Shown in pieces: positions 53,453 through 62,792 of a stretch of DNA of 64,000 nt. The DNA is taken from contig OY763490.2 of assembly GCA_963667505.2 (NCBI GenBank), positions 3,312,343-3,376,342 on the forward strand. The letters run 5' to 3'. The notes beneath the pieces are model-generated. The model was not told the origin of the DNA. It saw nothing but the letters and a program-made list of their open reading frames with translations, and ran no database searches. Origin of the DNA: Acidimicrobiales bacterium. Its GTDB lineage: Bacteria > Actinomycetota > Acidimicrobiia > Acidimicrobiales > Aldehydirespiratoraceae. The number at the start of each line of letters is the position of its first letter. Position 1 is the stretch's first letter. The translations under genes were made by a program, and so were the position numbers.

Positions 53453-54679
53453 ATGGCTGACAGTGAGACTTCCCGACGCGGTGCGCCGCGCCGGCGCCGG
53501 GGCGCCGACCGCGGCCTGCTGCCGTTCCAGGTGCTGATGGGGGTGACCGCGGCGGGCATCGGCGGGATCGTGACGGTGCTCGGCGAGCTGCGCGACGAGC
53601 TCGAGTTCAGCGGGACCGGAGTGGGCGTGATGGTGGCCAGTGGCTTCGTGGCCGCCTTCGTGTCGCAGATGACCCTGGCCCGACTCGCAGACGTGGGCCA
53701 CGCGCGGCTGATGGCGGCTGCGGGGATCGGGCTCAGCGCGGGATCCATGCTGGCGATGGTCTTCGCCGTGGATCTCACCTCCTGGGTCGTCAGCAGGGCT
53801 GCTCTCGGGTTCGCGGGCGGCCTGATCCTGCCGGGAGTGCGCAGGGCCGCCTCGGTGCACGATCCGGCCCGGGCGGGCGAGAACCTGGGCCGGATGGTGG
53901 TGGCCGAGACCACCGGTTTCATCTTCGGCCCGGTGATGACGGCCTTGCTGGTGTGGATCGGCGGGATCCGGGCGCCGTTCGCGGTGTTCGCCGGAGCCAT
54001 GCTGCTGTTCCTGCCGGTCGCGTTGCGCCTGCCCCCCGACCGCGGCCTCCTGGACGTGGCCCGGCGCACCGCGTTCGACCTTCTGACGCTGCGGCGCCTG
54101 CAAGGCGCGCTGATCATGGTCGGCGGCTACTTCATGATCATTGGCGCCTGGGAGGCGGTGCTGCCCGTGATGTTCGCCGACCGGGGCGCCGGCGCGGTCA
54201 TGACCGGCATCGCCTTCACCATGGTGGCCCTGCCGATCATGCTCGTGGGCACTCGGGCGGGACGCCTGGCCGACCGGGTGGGACCGGTGCGGGTGGCGAT
54301 GGCGGGCCTCGTGGTGGTGAGCCTGGTCACCATGACCTACGGCGTCATTCCGGGAGTGGTCCCGGTCACGGCCGCCATGGTGCTGGTCGGCTTCGGCGAC
54401 GGCTACGGCTTCACCGCCGCCCATGTGGTGGTGGCCCGGGCCGTACCCGAGCAGCGCCAGGCGGCTGCGCTCGGCCTGATGGGCGCGGCCGAGGTGGCCG
54501 GGGCGGCCGTCGCCGCGCTCCCGGCCGCCTGGCTGTACGACAGCTTCGGGTCCGGCCCCACTTGGGCCACAGTCGGCCTGACTGTGCTGGCGCTGGTGGC
54601 CGTGGGCTGGCTGCGGATGCGGGGCACGGTGCCCGAATCAGGCCCCGACGCCCCTGACTCGGGCCGGTGCGACGGCTGA
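53453..54679 (+). CDS. MFS transporter
   Basis: About 12 hydrophobic segments and the LARLADVGHARL loop 2-3 motif region. Confidence 0.75.
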   Translation: MADSETSRRGAPRRRRGADRGLLPFQVLMGVTAAGIGGIVTVLGELRDELEFSGTGVGVMVASGFVAAFVSQMTLARLADVGHARLMAAAGIGLSAGSMLAMVFAVDLTSWVVSRAALGFAGGLILPGVRRAASVHDPARAGENLGRMVVAETTGFIFGPVMTALLVWIGGIRAPFAVFAGAMLLFLPVALRLPPDRGLLDVARRTAFDLLTLRRLQGALIMVGGYFMIIGAWEAVLPVMFADRGAGAVMTGIAFTMVALPIMLVGTRAGRLADRVGPVRVAMAGLVVVSLVTMTYGVIPGVVPVTAAMVLVGFGDGYGFTAAHVVVARAVPEQRQAAALGLMGAAEVAGAAVAALPAAWLYDSFGSGPTWATVGLTVLALVAVGWLRMRGTVPESGPDAPDSGRCDG

Positions 54680-54700
54680 AGTACGCTTCGACGCAGGCTC

Positions 54701-55306
54701 ATGGGGACACGGGACGCTTCGAGTCCCGAAGCCCTGATCGCCTTGCGGAAGCGGGGAGCAGCGATGGACGTCGACGAACTGGTCCGGCGGATTGTGGACG
54801 CTTCGGCCGATGGGGGCATCCCGGCGGTCCGGGAGGAGGTGGACCGCCTGATTGCGGACCCGGCCGGCCTGCGCCAGGCGATCCCTGAGCCTGACCTTCC
54901 GGTACTGGCGCCGCTCTATGAGTCCGAGGACATCACCATCATGAACGTCGTGTGGGGTCCGCGGATGTACATCGGTCCCCACGACCATCGGATGTGGGCC
55001 TGCATCGGCATCTACGGAGGCCGGGAGGACAACCAGCTCTACCGGCGCGAGGGCGGGTCGATCGCGTCGAGCGGCGGGCGCAGCGTCGAGGCGGGCCAAT
55101 CGATCTCGCTCGGCGACGCGACCGTGCACTCGGTCCACAACCCGCTCGACCGGCTGACCGGCGCGATCCACGTCTACGGCGGCCCGTTCCTCACCCAGCC
55201 GAGGAGCGAGTGGGACCTGGAGACGCTGACGGAGCGGCCGTCGGACGCCGCGCGGTCGAGGCGATACTTCGAGGAGGCGGCGAAAGCGATGACGTCGGAG
55301 GCCTGA
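54701..55306 (+). CDS. cupin / cysteine-dioxygenase-like double-stranded beta-helix protein
   Basis: GPHDHRMWACIGIYGGRE ... ATVHSVHNP metal-ligand-like pattern. The start is uncertain (an alternative ATG lies near 54764). Confidence 0.5.
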   Translation: MGTRDASSPEALIALRKRGAAMDVDELVRRIVDASADGGIPAVREEVDRLIADPAGLRQAIPEPDLPVLAPLYESEDITIMNVVWGPRMYIGPHDHRMWACIGIYGGREDNQLYRREGGSIASSGGRSVEAGQSISLGDATVHSVHNPLDRLTGAIHVYGGPFLTQPRSEWDLETLTERPSDAARSRRYFEEAAKAMTSEA

Positions 55307-55311
55307 GCGTA

Positions 55312-56484
55312 GTGCCCGGCCCCCAGACGCCTCCGTTGGCCGGGCTGCGGGTGGTGGAGCTCGCCCATGTGGCCTCCGGTCCGTTCGCCGGGATGCTGCT
55401 GGCCGACCTCGGCGCAGACGTGGTCAAGATCGAGTCCCCGGCAGGCGACATGATGCGCGGCTGGCCGCCGGTGGAGACCGGGGCCGACGGCACGCCCTAC
55501 AGCCACAACTTCGCATCCCTCAACCGCAACAAGCGCAGCGTCTCTCTCGACCTCAAGGACGAGGGCGACCTGGCGCTGGCGAAATCGCTGATCGCGAGGG
55601 CCGACGTGGTCGTTGAGAACTTCCGGCCCGGGGCGCTCGACAAGCTCGGCCTCGGATATCGGGACGTCTCCGCCCTCAACGACACGGTCATCTACTGCTC
55701 GGTGTCGGGCTACGGCCAGCAGGGGCCGTTAGCGGCCCGGGCCGCCTTCGACGTCGCCATCCAGGCCGCGTCAGGCCTGATGAGCGTGACCGGCGACGAG
55801 GACGGCGGCCCCGTCAAGTGCGGTGTGCCGGTGGCCGACTTCGTGGCCGGGCTGTACGCGGTGGTGTCGGTGCTGGCCGCGGTGCAGGCCCGCGACCGCG
55901 ACGGCGTCTCCGTCCATATCGACTGCTCGATGCTGGGCGCGCTGCTGGGCGTGTCCGCGCTCCAGACCAGCGAGTACTTCGGCACCGGGCGGGCCCCGGC
56001 CCGGCTCGGCACCGCCCATCCCCGCAACGCCCCGTACCAGGCCTTCCAGGGTGCCGACCGGCCGTTCGTCATGGCGGCCGGCAACGACCGGATGTGGGCC
56101 GACCTCTGCGCGCTGCTGGGCCTCGAGGATCTCGTCGAAGACGAGCGGTTCGCGACGCAGGCGGCGAGGGCCGCCAACCACCGGGAGCTGGCGGAGATCC
56201 TCAACGAGGCCATGAGGACCCGGACGGCCGCGGAGTGGATCGAGGTCCTCGACGATGCCGGTATCGCGTGCGCTCCGGTCAACGACTTCGCCGAGGCCCT
56301 AGACGATCCGGCCACTCTGGCGCTCGACCTCGTGCGGGAGCTAGAGCTGCCCAACGGGATCATCACCCAGACGATCGCCTATCCCGTCGCCATGTCGACG
56401 CACCGCTCCGAGGTCGTCGTCGGGCCGCCCGCGCTGGGAGCGCATCGCGACGAAGTGATCGCCGACTGGCTCGACGACGGCTGA
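55312..56484 (+). CDS. CoA-transferase family III (CaiB/BaiF) protein
   Basis: LAGLRVVELAHVASGPFAGMLLADLGADVVKIESP. GTG 55312, in frame with track ORF 54952..56484. Confidence 0.85.
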   Translation: MPGPQTPPLAGLRVVELAHVASGPFAGMLLADLGADVVKIESPAGDMMRGWPPVETGADGTPYSHNFASLNRNKRSVSLDLKDEGDLALAKSLIARADVVVENFRPGALDKLGLGYRDVSALNDTVIYCSVSGYGQQGPLAARAAFDVAIQAASGLMSVTGDEDGGPVKCGVPVADFVAGLYAVVSVLAAVQARDRDGVSVHIDCSMLGALLGVSALQTSEYFGTGRAPARLGTAHPRNAPYQAFQGADRPFVMAAGNDRMWADLCALLGLEDLVEDERFATQAARAANHRELAEILNEAMRTRTAAEWIEVLDDAGIACAPVNDFAEALDDPATLALDLVRELELPNGIITQTIAYPVAMSTHRSEVVVGPPALGAHRDEVIADWLDDG

Positions 56485-56522
56485 CCGCGCTCTGCTTCGT
56501 CGCCGGGAAGCCCCCTGGATCG

Positions 56523-57626
56523 TCAGAGGCCGGGGAAGTCTCGCTTGGCGATCAGGCAGTGGACGCCCTTGACGTCGTTCACCACCTGGCTGACCTCGAA
56601 GTCGGCGGCGCAGCTCAGGTATGCGTAGGCGACGTAGCGGGGCAGGCCGAGGCGGGTCTCGCAGAAGCGCAGAGCCTCGCGCACCGCGTTTCTCATCGCT
56701 TCGTCCAAGTCGGAGTGCAGGCCGACGGGTATCCAATGGCTTTCGGTCTCGGCCAGCGGGTTCTCGACCAGGCCGCAGGCCCGGCGGGCCTCGGCGCCGC
56801 GCAGCACCGACAGTCGCATATCGGCCCTCAGCGAGCCCTCCAACGCGGTGAGGGCCACTTCGCCGTTGCCCTGCGCGAAATGCGGGTCGCCCACCGCGAA
56901 ACCGGCGCCGGGAACCTGCACCGGCAGGTAGAGGGTGGTGCCGCTCACCAGGTGCTTGATGTCCAGGTTGCCGCCGTGGCCGCCCGGTGGGCGGGTGGCG
57001 ACCGGCTCGGACGTGTCCGGCGCCACTCCCATCATCCCCAGGAACGGCGCCACCGGGTAGCGCACCGCCCGGTCCTGGCCGTAGCGCAGCACGGCCGTGC
57101 CGCTGACCGCGTCTCCCTCCACTTCGGTGAACACCGACACCGTGCCCTGCGGCGCGCTGGGCGTGAGCGTGTCGGCAGGCTCGCTGCCGTCGGGCATCTC
57201 GCCGGGCAGCGCACCCAGCCCGTGGCGGTTGGACGTGACGCCGTAGGGCACCCGCAGTGCGAAGCCGAGCAGGTCCACCCGCAGCAGGTCGCCGGGCTCG
57301 GTGCCCTGCACTTCGACGGGGCCGGTCACGACGTGGGGTCCGTCCACGCCGAAGGTGTGGTGCACGTTCCAGGCGACCTCGACGGCGTCGTGTAGCACCT
57401 CAAGCCGCGGCACGCCCCGGGCCGCGAAGAAGGCGACGGGATCGCGGCCCTGATCTTCGAGGATCCCCTCATGTGAGAGCGTGTCGACCGTGATGACCGT
57501 CCCGTCGTTGACCGACAGCACCGGTGGCGTGTCGACGTTGGGCCACCAGCCCCAGCTGATCGTCTCGGGCGTTGCGGGGAGGTAGTGCTCGCCGCAGATA
57601 CGGCCCTCGCCCGGATTCAGGATCAA
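56523..57626 (-). CDS. acetamidase/formamidase family protein
   Basis: The N-terminal PATPETISWGWWP..., the TVDTLSHEG region, and the C-terminal DFEVSQVVNDVKGVH pattern. Confidence 0.75.
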   Translation of the reverse strand: MILNPGEGRICGEHYLPATPETISWGWWPNVDTPPVLSVNDGTVITVDTLSHEGILEDQGRDPVAFFAARGVPRLEVLHDAVEVAWNVHHTFGVDGPHVVTGPVEVQGTEPGDLLRVDLLGFALRVPYGVTSNRHGLGALPGEMPDGSEPADTLTPSAPQGTVSVFTEVEGDAVSGTAVLRYGQDRAVRYPVAPFLGMMGVAPDTSEPVATRPPGGHGGNLDIKHLVSGTTLYLPVQVPGAGFAVGDPHFAQGNGEVALTALEGSLRADMRLSVLRGAEARRACGLVENPLAETESHWIPVGLHSDLDEAMRNAVREALRFCETRLGLPRYVAYAYLSCAADFEVSQVVNDVKGVHCLIAKRDFPGL

Positions 57627-57709
57627 GGCTCCACGCTCCGAGTGGATGGCCTGTGACTCATCAGCACCGGCTGATTCTCGCGCGCGCTGCGCGGCCTAGG
57701 CTCGGTCGC

Positions 57710-59131
57710 GTGACGGCCCAGACTTCGGCGCCCACAACGCCGCCCCTTGCCGGACGGGCGACATTGCTGGTGACCGGGGGCGATGTGGTGACCATGAACG
57801 CGGCCCGCGAGGTGCTGCTCGGGGGCGCGGTCGCCGTGACCGGCGACGTGATCGCCGCGGTCGGGTCGAGCACGGAACTGGCCGGGCGATACCCCGAGGC
57901 CGAGGTGATCGACGCCACCGGCTGCGTGGTCACGCCGGGCATGGTCAACGCCCACCAGCACCTCACCGGCGATCCCCTCATCCGCAGCTGCATCCCCGAC
58001 CTGCTTCCTCCCGGCGCCTCCATCTTCGAGTGGTCGGTGCCCGCCCACGGCGCCCACACCGGCGACGACGACGAGCTTTCTGCGGTGCTGTCCTCGGTCG
58101 AGAACCTCGCCAACGGGGTGACCACGGTGGTGGAGGCGGGCACGGTGGCCAATCCCCACCGGGCCGCGGCCGGAATGCGCCGGGCCGGCATCCGCGGCAC
58201 CATGGGCGCCTGGGGCTGGGACATCGAGGAGGGCCCGTTCACCGGGCCGGCGGACGAGATCCTCGACCGTCAGCAGGCGGTGGTGGAGGCGTTCCCGGCG
58301 GGCGGACTGGTCGAGGGCTGGGTGACCCTTGTGGGCCACGACCTCGCCTCCGACGAGCTGCTGGCCGGGGCCGCCGACCTGGCCCGCGAGCTGGGCACCG
58401 GCCTCACCATGCACATGTCGCCCACCTCGTCCGATCCCGAGCGCTACTTGGCCCGCACAGGCCGTCGGCCCCTGGCCCACCTCCACGCGCTGGGCGTGCT
58501 GGGGCCGCACCTGCTGGTGGGCCACGGCGTCTGGCTCGACAACGCCGAGGTGGAACTGGTGCTGGAGACCTCCACCGCCATCGCCTACTGCCCGTGGGCC
58601 TACCTGCGCCTCGGTCAGGGGGTGGCCGGGCAGGGCCGCCACGCCGAGATCGTGGAACGGGGCGGCCGGGTGGCGCTGGGCTGCGACGCCTCCAACGCGG
58701 GCGACACCTGCGACATCCTGCGGACCGCGGCGCTGGCCGCCGGCCTGGCCCGCGACACCCGGGTCGATCCGGAGCGCTTCGGGGCCCACACCGCCTTCGA
58801 GCTGGCCACCATCGCCGGGGCGGCCGCCATCGGCATGGACGACCGGATCGGCAGCCTGGAGCCCGGCAAGCAGGCCGACATCGTGGTGCACGACACGTCG
58901 TCGCCAGCGTGGATGCCGCGGGGCGAGACCGTCCTGCAGCTCGTGTGGGGCACCGACGGACGCTCGGTGCGCGACGTGCTCGTGGCCGGCCGTCCCGTCG
59001 TTCGCCACCGCGAGTGCGTGAGCGTGGACGTCGCCGGGCTGCGGGCTGAGGCCGTCGCCGCCCAGCGCTCGCTGCTGGAGCGGGCCGGTCTGGAGATCCC
59101 CCATCAGTGGCCCCACATCGACAGTCACTAG
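57710..59131 (+). CDS. amidohydrolase (cytosine/guanine deaminase-chlorohydrolase type)
   Basis: VTPGMVNAHQHL metal-binding motif and GCDASN late motif. GTG 57710. Confidence 0.8.
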   Translation: MTAQTSAPTTPPLAGRATLLVTGGDVVTMNAAREVLLGGAVAVTGDVIAAVGSSTELAGRYPEAEVIDATGCVVTPGMVNAHQHLTGDPLIRSCIPDLLPPGASIFEWSVPAHGAHTGDDDELSAVLSSVENLANGVTTVVEAGTVANPHRAAAGMRRAGIRGTMGAWGWDIEEGPFTGPADEILDRQQAVVEAFPAGGLVEGWVTLVGHDLASDELLAGAADLARELGTGLTMHMSPTSSDPERYLARTGRRPLAHLHALGVLGPHLLVGHGVWLDNAEVELVLETSTAIAYCPWAYLRLGQGVAGQGRHAEIVERGGRVALGCDASNAGDTCDILRTAALAAGLARDTRVDPERFGAHTAFELATIAGAAAIGMDDRIGSLEPGKQADIVVHDTSSPAWMPRGETVLQLVWGTDGRSVRDVLVAGRPVVRHRECVSVDVAGLRAEAVAAQRSLLERAGLEIPHQWPHIDSH

Positions 59132-59152
59132 AGGCCGACAGCGAGGAGCGTC

Positions 59153-60169
59153 ATGCACGTAGCAGTGGTAACCGGACCAGGCGAGGTCGAACTCCGGAAC
59201 GAGCCCCGGCCTCGGCCTGGTCCCGAGGATGTGCTAGTGGAGGTGGGCACCTGCGGGCTGTGCACCATGGAGCGCCGCCTGTTCGCTGGCACCAAGCCCA
59301 TCTATCCCGTCGCTCCGGGGCACGAGGCCGCGGGCCGGGTGATCGAGGCGGGCGAGGCGGTGGCGTCGCTGCCGGGGGCGCCGCGGGTCGGCGACCTGGT
59401 CACCATGGACCTGCTGACGCGTTGCGGAACCTGCCACATGTGCCGCCGGGGCCGCAGCGCCCTGTGCAAGCGGCCCCAGGGCGGGCAGCTCAGCGACGGC
59501 ACCATCTCGATGGGGGCGGGTCTGGCCGAGGTCGTGCGGGTGGCCGCGGCCCAGACCTACTGCGTCGGCGAGATCCCCGTGGAGCACGCCGCCATGGGCG
59601 AGCCGCTGGCCTGCGTGGTGCACTCGGTGAGGCTGAGCGGCTTCCGGGCCGGCGACCGGGTGGCTGTGATCGGGGCGGGCTACATGGGCCGGCTGCACCT
59701 GGCTCTGTGCCGGGCGTGGGGTGCGAGTTCCGTGGGCCTGATCGACGTGAGCGACGAGCGCCGGGCCGAGGCGGCCGAGGCCGGAGCCGCCAGGGTGGCT
59801 GGCCCTGACGACGTAGCCGGGTGGCTGGGCCAGCACGACGTGGTGTTCGTGACCGCGGGTGTGCCGGGCGCGGTGGAACTCGCCCTCGACCTGTGCGACG
59901 ACGCCGGCGCGGCGGTCCTTTACGGGGCCTTCCCCAAAGACATCATGGCGTCGGTGGGAGCGGACCGCATCCACCATCACGAGCTCTCGATCATCGGCGT
60001 GTTCAGCCAGGAGCCCGAGGACTGGCGCACGGCCGCGGGCCTATTGCGGTCCGGCGCGCTGGCTGCCGACCTCGACCGTCTGGTGACCGCCCGCTACCGC
60101 CTGGACGAGGTCGCCGACGCCATGGCCCTGGCCGCGTCGCAGCCCGTCTACCGGGTCATGGTCGGCTGA
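59153..60169 (+). CDS. zinc-dependent alcohol dehydrogenase (MDR family)
   Basis: GLCTMERR, GHEAAGRV, and the structural-Zn Cys cluster CGTCHMCRRGRSALC. Confidence 0.85.
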   Translation: MHVAVVTGPGEVELRNEPRPRPGPEDVLVEVGTCGLCTMERRLFAGTKPIYPVAPGHEAAGRVIEAGEAVASLPGAPRVGDLVTMDLLTRCGTCHMCRRGRSALCKRPQGGQLSDGTISMGAGLAEVVRVAAAQTYCVGEIPVEHAAMGEPLACVVHSVRLSGFRAGDRVAVIGAGYMGRLHLALCRAWGASSVGLIDVSDERRAEAAEAGAARVAGPDDVAGWLGQHDVVFVTAGVPGAVELALDLCDDAGAAVLYGAFPKDIMASVGADRIHHHELSIIGVFSQEPEDWRTAAGLLRSGALAADLDRLVTARYRLDEVADAMALAASQPVYRVMVG

Positions 60170-60332
60170 CCCGGCGGTGGGCACGGGACTTGGAGCGGTG
60201 CGCCCGGTTGACATCGGTGTCGGCTCCGCGCGGCGAGCCGGCGGGACGGGGACGTGAAGCAGTGAGTGCGGTCGTTGTCGGTGTCGGCATGCGGTTACGG
60301 CCCGGCCCGGCGTTGGCGGGGGGAGAGTCGCG

Positions 60333-61661
60333 GTGAGCCCCGTCGTGGTCGGCGTCGATCTGGGCACTGGGGGAGCGCGGGCCGTGGCGCTGGCGCCCGA
60401 CGGGGACGTGAAGCTGTGGATGTACGAGCCCTTCGAGGGGGTCGCGTCGTGGCCCGCGGGACGGGCATACCCCGCGGCCTGGCTCGACGGCCTGGGCCGG
60501 CTGCTGGCCGGGGTCGACGACTCAGGCTTGGACGTCGCGGCCGTGGGAGTCGGCGGGCAGAGCCCCACTACCGTTCCGCTGGCGGCCGACGCCCACGGTT
60601 CCGACGCGGTCGGGCTGGCCGCCACATGCCGCCATCCGGCCGGCAACGGCCTGGGCCGCACCGAGCACCATCTCGCCCAGCTTGACTTCCTCAGCCACGA
60701 GCTGGGCCGCCCCCTGGCCGGAGCGCAGATCTGGGACTGGGCACTGCGCTGCCTCGGCGCGGGCGACGTCCAAGGGCTCTGGCCCGGCGAGGAGACCATC
60801 CCCGGGTACGGGGAGCGGGTGGAGGTCGGCACCGTCATCGGGCACTGCGACGGATCGCTGGGCCTGGCCGCGGGTACGCCGCTGGTGAGCGCCTCCAACG
60901 ACGCCTATATGAGCTTCTGGGCGGGCGGCCTGTTCACTCCTCGGCGGGGCCACGATCCTGGTGGCCGCACCGGCGGTCTGGGCGTGGCCGTGGACGCCGC
61001 GCAGCGGCCCCCGGAGATGCTCGGGTTCTTCAGCCCGGTGGCCGGGGTGGAGGTGGTCGGCGGGGCCACCAACGGCCACGGCCAACTCCTTGAGTGGTGG
61101 TCGGCCGTCTCGGGCCGGCCCCTAGACGAGCTGCTGTCGCTGGCGGCGGGCGTGGCCCCAGGCGCGGGCGGGATCGTGGTGCTGCCCTACCACGACGGCG
61201 AGAGGTCGCCCCGGTGGGAGCCCCGCCTGCGAGGGGAGATCCACGGGTTGACCTTCAACGCCGGGGTAGCCGAAATTGCCCGGGCCGTGCTGGAGGCCGC
61301 CGGCTACGGCCTGCGGCACATCCATGAGGACCTGCGGGCTTCCGGCGTGGAGATGGACGTCATGTGCTGCGGCGGGTCGCCCGCGCTGAGCCGTCTGTGG
61401 TGCTCGATCAAGGCGTCGATCCTGGAGGTGGCCGTGGACGTGCCCGACCGGCCCGAGCAGCTCTCGGCCCACGGCTGCGCCCTGACCGCGGGCGCGGCGC
61501 TGGACTGGTGGGACACGGTCGGTGCTGACACCCCGGACTCCTGGCCGTTGGCGACCATGACCCGCATCGAGCCGTCGCCCGAGCCGGCCTACCGCGGCGG
61601 CTACCAGCGATTCGTGGCCCTCGGCGACGCCGCTGCTGCCCGCCTGGGCGGCACGGTCTAG
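60333..61661 (+). CDS. FGGY-family carbohydrate kinase
   Basis: VVGVDLGTGGARAV N-terminal ATPase motif and the C-terminal GGSPALSRLWCSIKA region. Confidence 0.7.
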   Translation: MSPVVVGVDLGTGGARAVALAPDGDVKLWMYEPFEGVASWPAGRAYPAAWLDGLGRLLAGVDDSGLDVAAVGVGGQSPTTVPLAADAHGSDAVGLAATCRHPAGNGLGRTEHHLAQLDFLSHELGRPLAGAQIWDWALRCLGAGDVQGLWPGEETIPGYGERVEVGTVIGHCDGSLGLAAGTPLVSASNDAYMSFWAGGLFTPRRGHDPGGRTGGLGVAVDAAQRPPEMLGFFSPVAGVEVVGGATNGHGQLLEWWSAVSGRPLDELLSLAAGVAPGAGGIVVLPYHDGERSPRWEPRLRGEIHGLTFNAGVAEIARAVLEAAGYGLRHIHEDLRASGVEMDVMCCGGSPALSRLWCSIKASILEVAVDVPDRPEQLSAHGCALTAGAALDWWDTVGADTPDSWPLATMTRIEPSPEPAYRGGYQRFVALGDAAAARLGGTV

Positions 61662-61769
61662 CGTGGCCCGAGACGGAACCGGGCCCCGCTTGTCGCCCAT
61701 GACAGGACAGGTGGCTCCACACAGACAACGCCACGTCAACAGCTCGACTACTACGAAGGAGCGACCAGC

Positions 61770-62162
61770 ATGGTGAACCCCCTCATATTCGTGGACCTGC
61801 CCACCCCCGACCCGGAGGCCACCTCGCAGTTCTACGAGAAGCTGTTCGACTGGAAGTACAAGCGCCGCCCCGCCGGGGAGTTCCACGAGGTGCTGCCGGG
61901 CGTCAAGCCCAATCTCGGCATCCACCTGGAGACCACCCCCGTCAGCGGGCCGGTGCCCCGGATCTATGTGATGGTGGCCGACCCGCCCGACCGGCTCGCC
62001 CTCGCCATGGAGATGGGCGCCACCAAGATGTGGGACGAGGTGTACTGGGAGGAGTTCGACGCCCGCCACGCCGCCTTCCGCGACCCGTGGGGCAACGAGG
62101 TGGTGCTGTGGCGCAACAAGGGCACCTACGTGCCCGGCTCCGCCTCCGAGAAGAACGCCTGA
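61770..62162 (+). CDS. VOC (glyoxalase/bleomycin-resistance fold) family protein
   Basis: 130 aa with FYEKLFDWKY and a C-terminal DPWGNEVVLW pattern. Confidence 0.7.
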   Translation: MVNPLIFVDLPTPDPEATSQFYEKLFDWKYKRRPAGEFHEVLPGVKPNLGIHLETTPVSGPVPRIYVMVADPPDRLALAMEMGATKMWDEVYWEEFDARHAAFRDPWGNEVVLWRNKGTYVPGSASEKNA

Positions 62163-62188
62163 CCGCTCCCGGCTCAACCTAGCCGCCA

Positions 62189-62235
62189 AATTGACTTAGT
62201 TTTCTACACTATTTGGCGAAAACTAAGTCGATTTC
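62189..62235. terminator. AT-rich 17-bp-stem hairpin between convergent genes (candidate bidirectional terminator), nested inside a second GC inverted repeat
   Basis: GACTTAGTTTTC (62194-62205) pairs with GAAAACTAAGTC (62219-62230) across a 13-nt loop. The stem is extendable with flanking A/T. The outer pair CCCGGCTC / GAGCCGGG is at 62169-62176 / 62242-62249. Confidence 0.4.
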
Positions 62236-62249
62236 GGCTGGAGCCGGGT

Positions 62250-62792
62250 TCAGCCCAGGACCTGCTCCACCGAGAACTCGACATTGTTGCCGTCGGGGTC
62301 CTTGATCAGACAGATGTAGCCCACGTCGGGGTTGCGGTACATCGGGCCGAGCACCAGGCAGCCGTCCTCGGCGGCCAAGCGGGCCACCTCGTCCACCTCG
62401 TCCCGGCTGTCGAGGGAGATGCCCAAGTGGGCGATGGACGTGAGGAACCCGTACTCCTCGATGATGTCGCCGGTGATCTGCTTGGGCAGAGCCCCCTCCA
62501 TCAGCACGATCACGAAGCGGGCCGCTCCCGGCTTGGTGATGTCGCGCTCGTTGGCCAGCCAGGCGGTGCGCATCCTGGTCTCGGGGTCGTGGCGCTCGGA
62601 GACCTTCACCAAGGTGGTGAACTTCTCATAGAACGCCAGCGTGTCGTCGAGGCTGCGCACCGGCAGCGCGATGTGGGTGAGCAGCGACGGTGGCGGCTCG
62701 GGCCCTGAGGTCACGGCCCGGGCGGCGGATGAGACGGTTTCGGTCATTTCGCGACCACCCTTGGCTTCGCCGTCCCTTGACGGTTCAGACAT
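62250..62792 (-). CDS. VOC family protein
   Basis: THIALPVRSLDDTLAFYEKFT and DPDGNNVEFS. The start is uncertain. Confidence 0.65.
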   Translation of the reverse strand: MSEPSRDGEAKGGREMTETVSSAARAVTSGPEPPPSLLTHIALPVRSLDDTLAFYEKFTTLVKVSERHDPETRMRTAWLANERDITKPGAARFVIVLMEGALPKQITGDIIEEYGFLTSIAHLGISLDSRDEVDEVARLAAEDGCLVLGPMYRNPDVGYICLIKDPDGNNVEFSVEQVLG

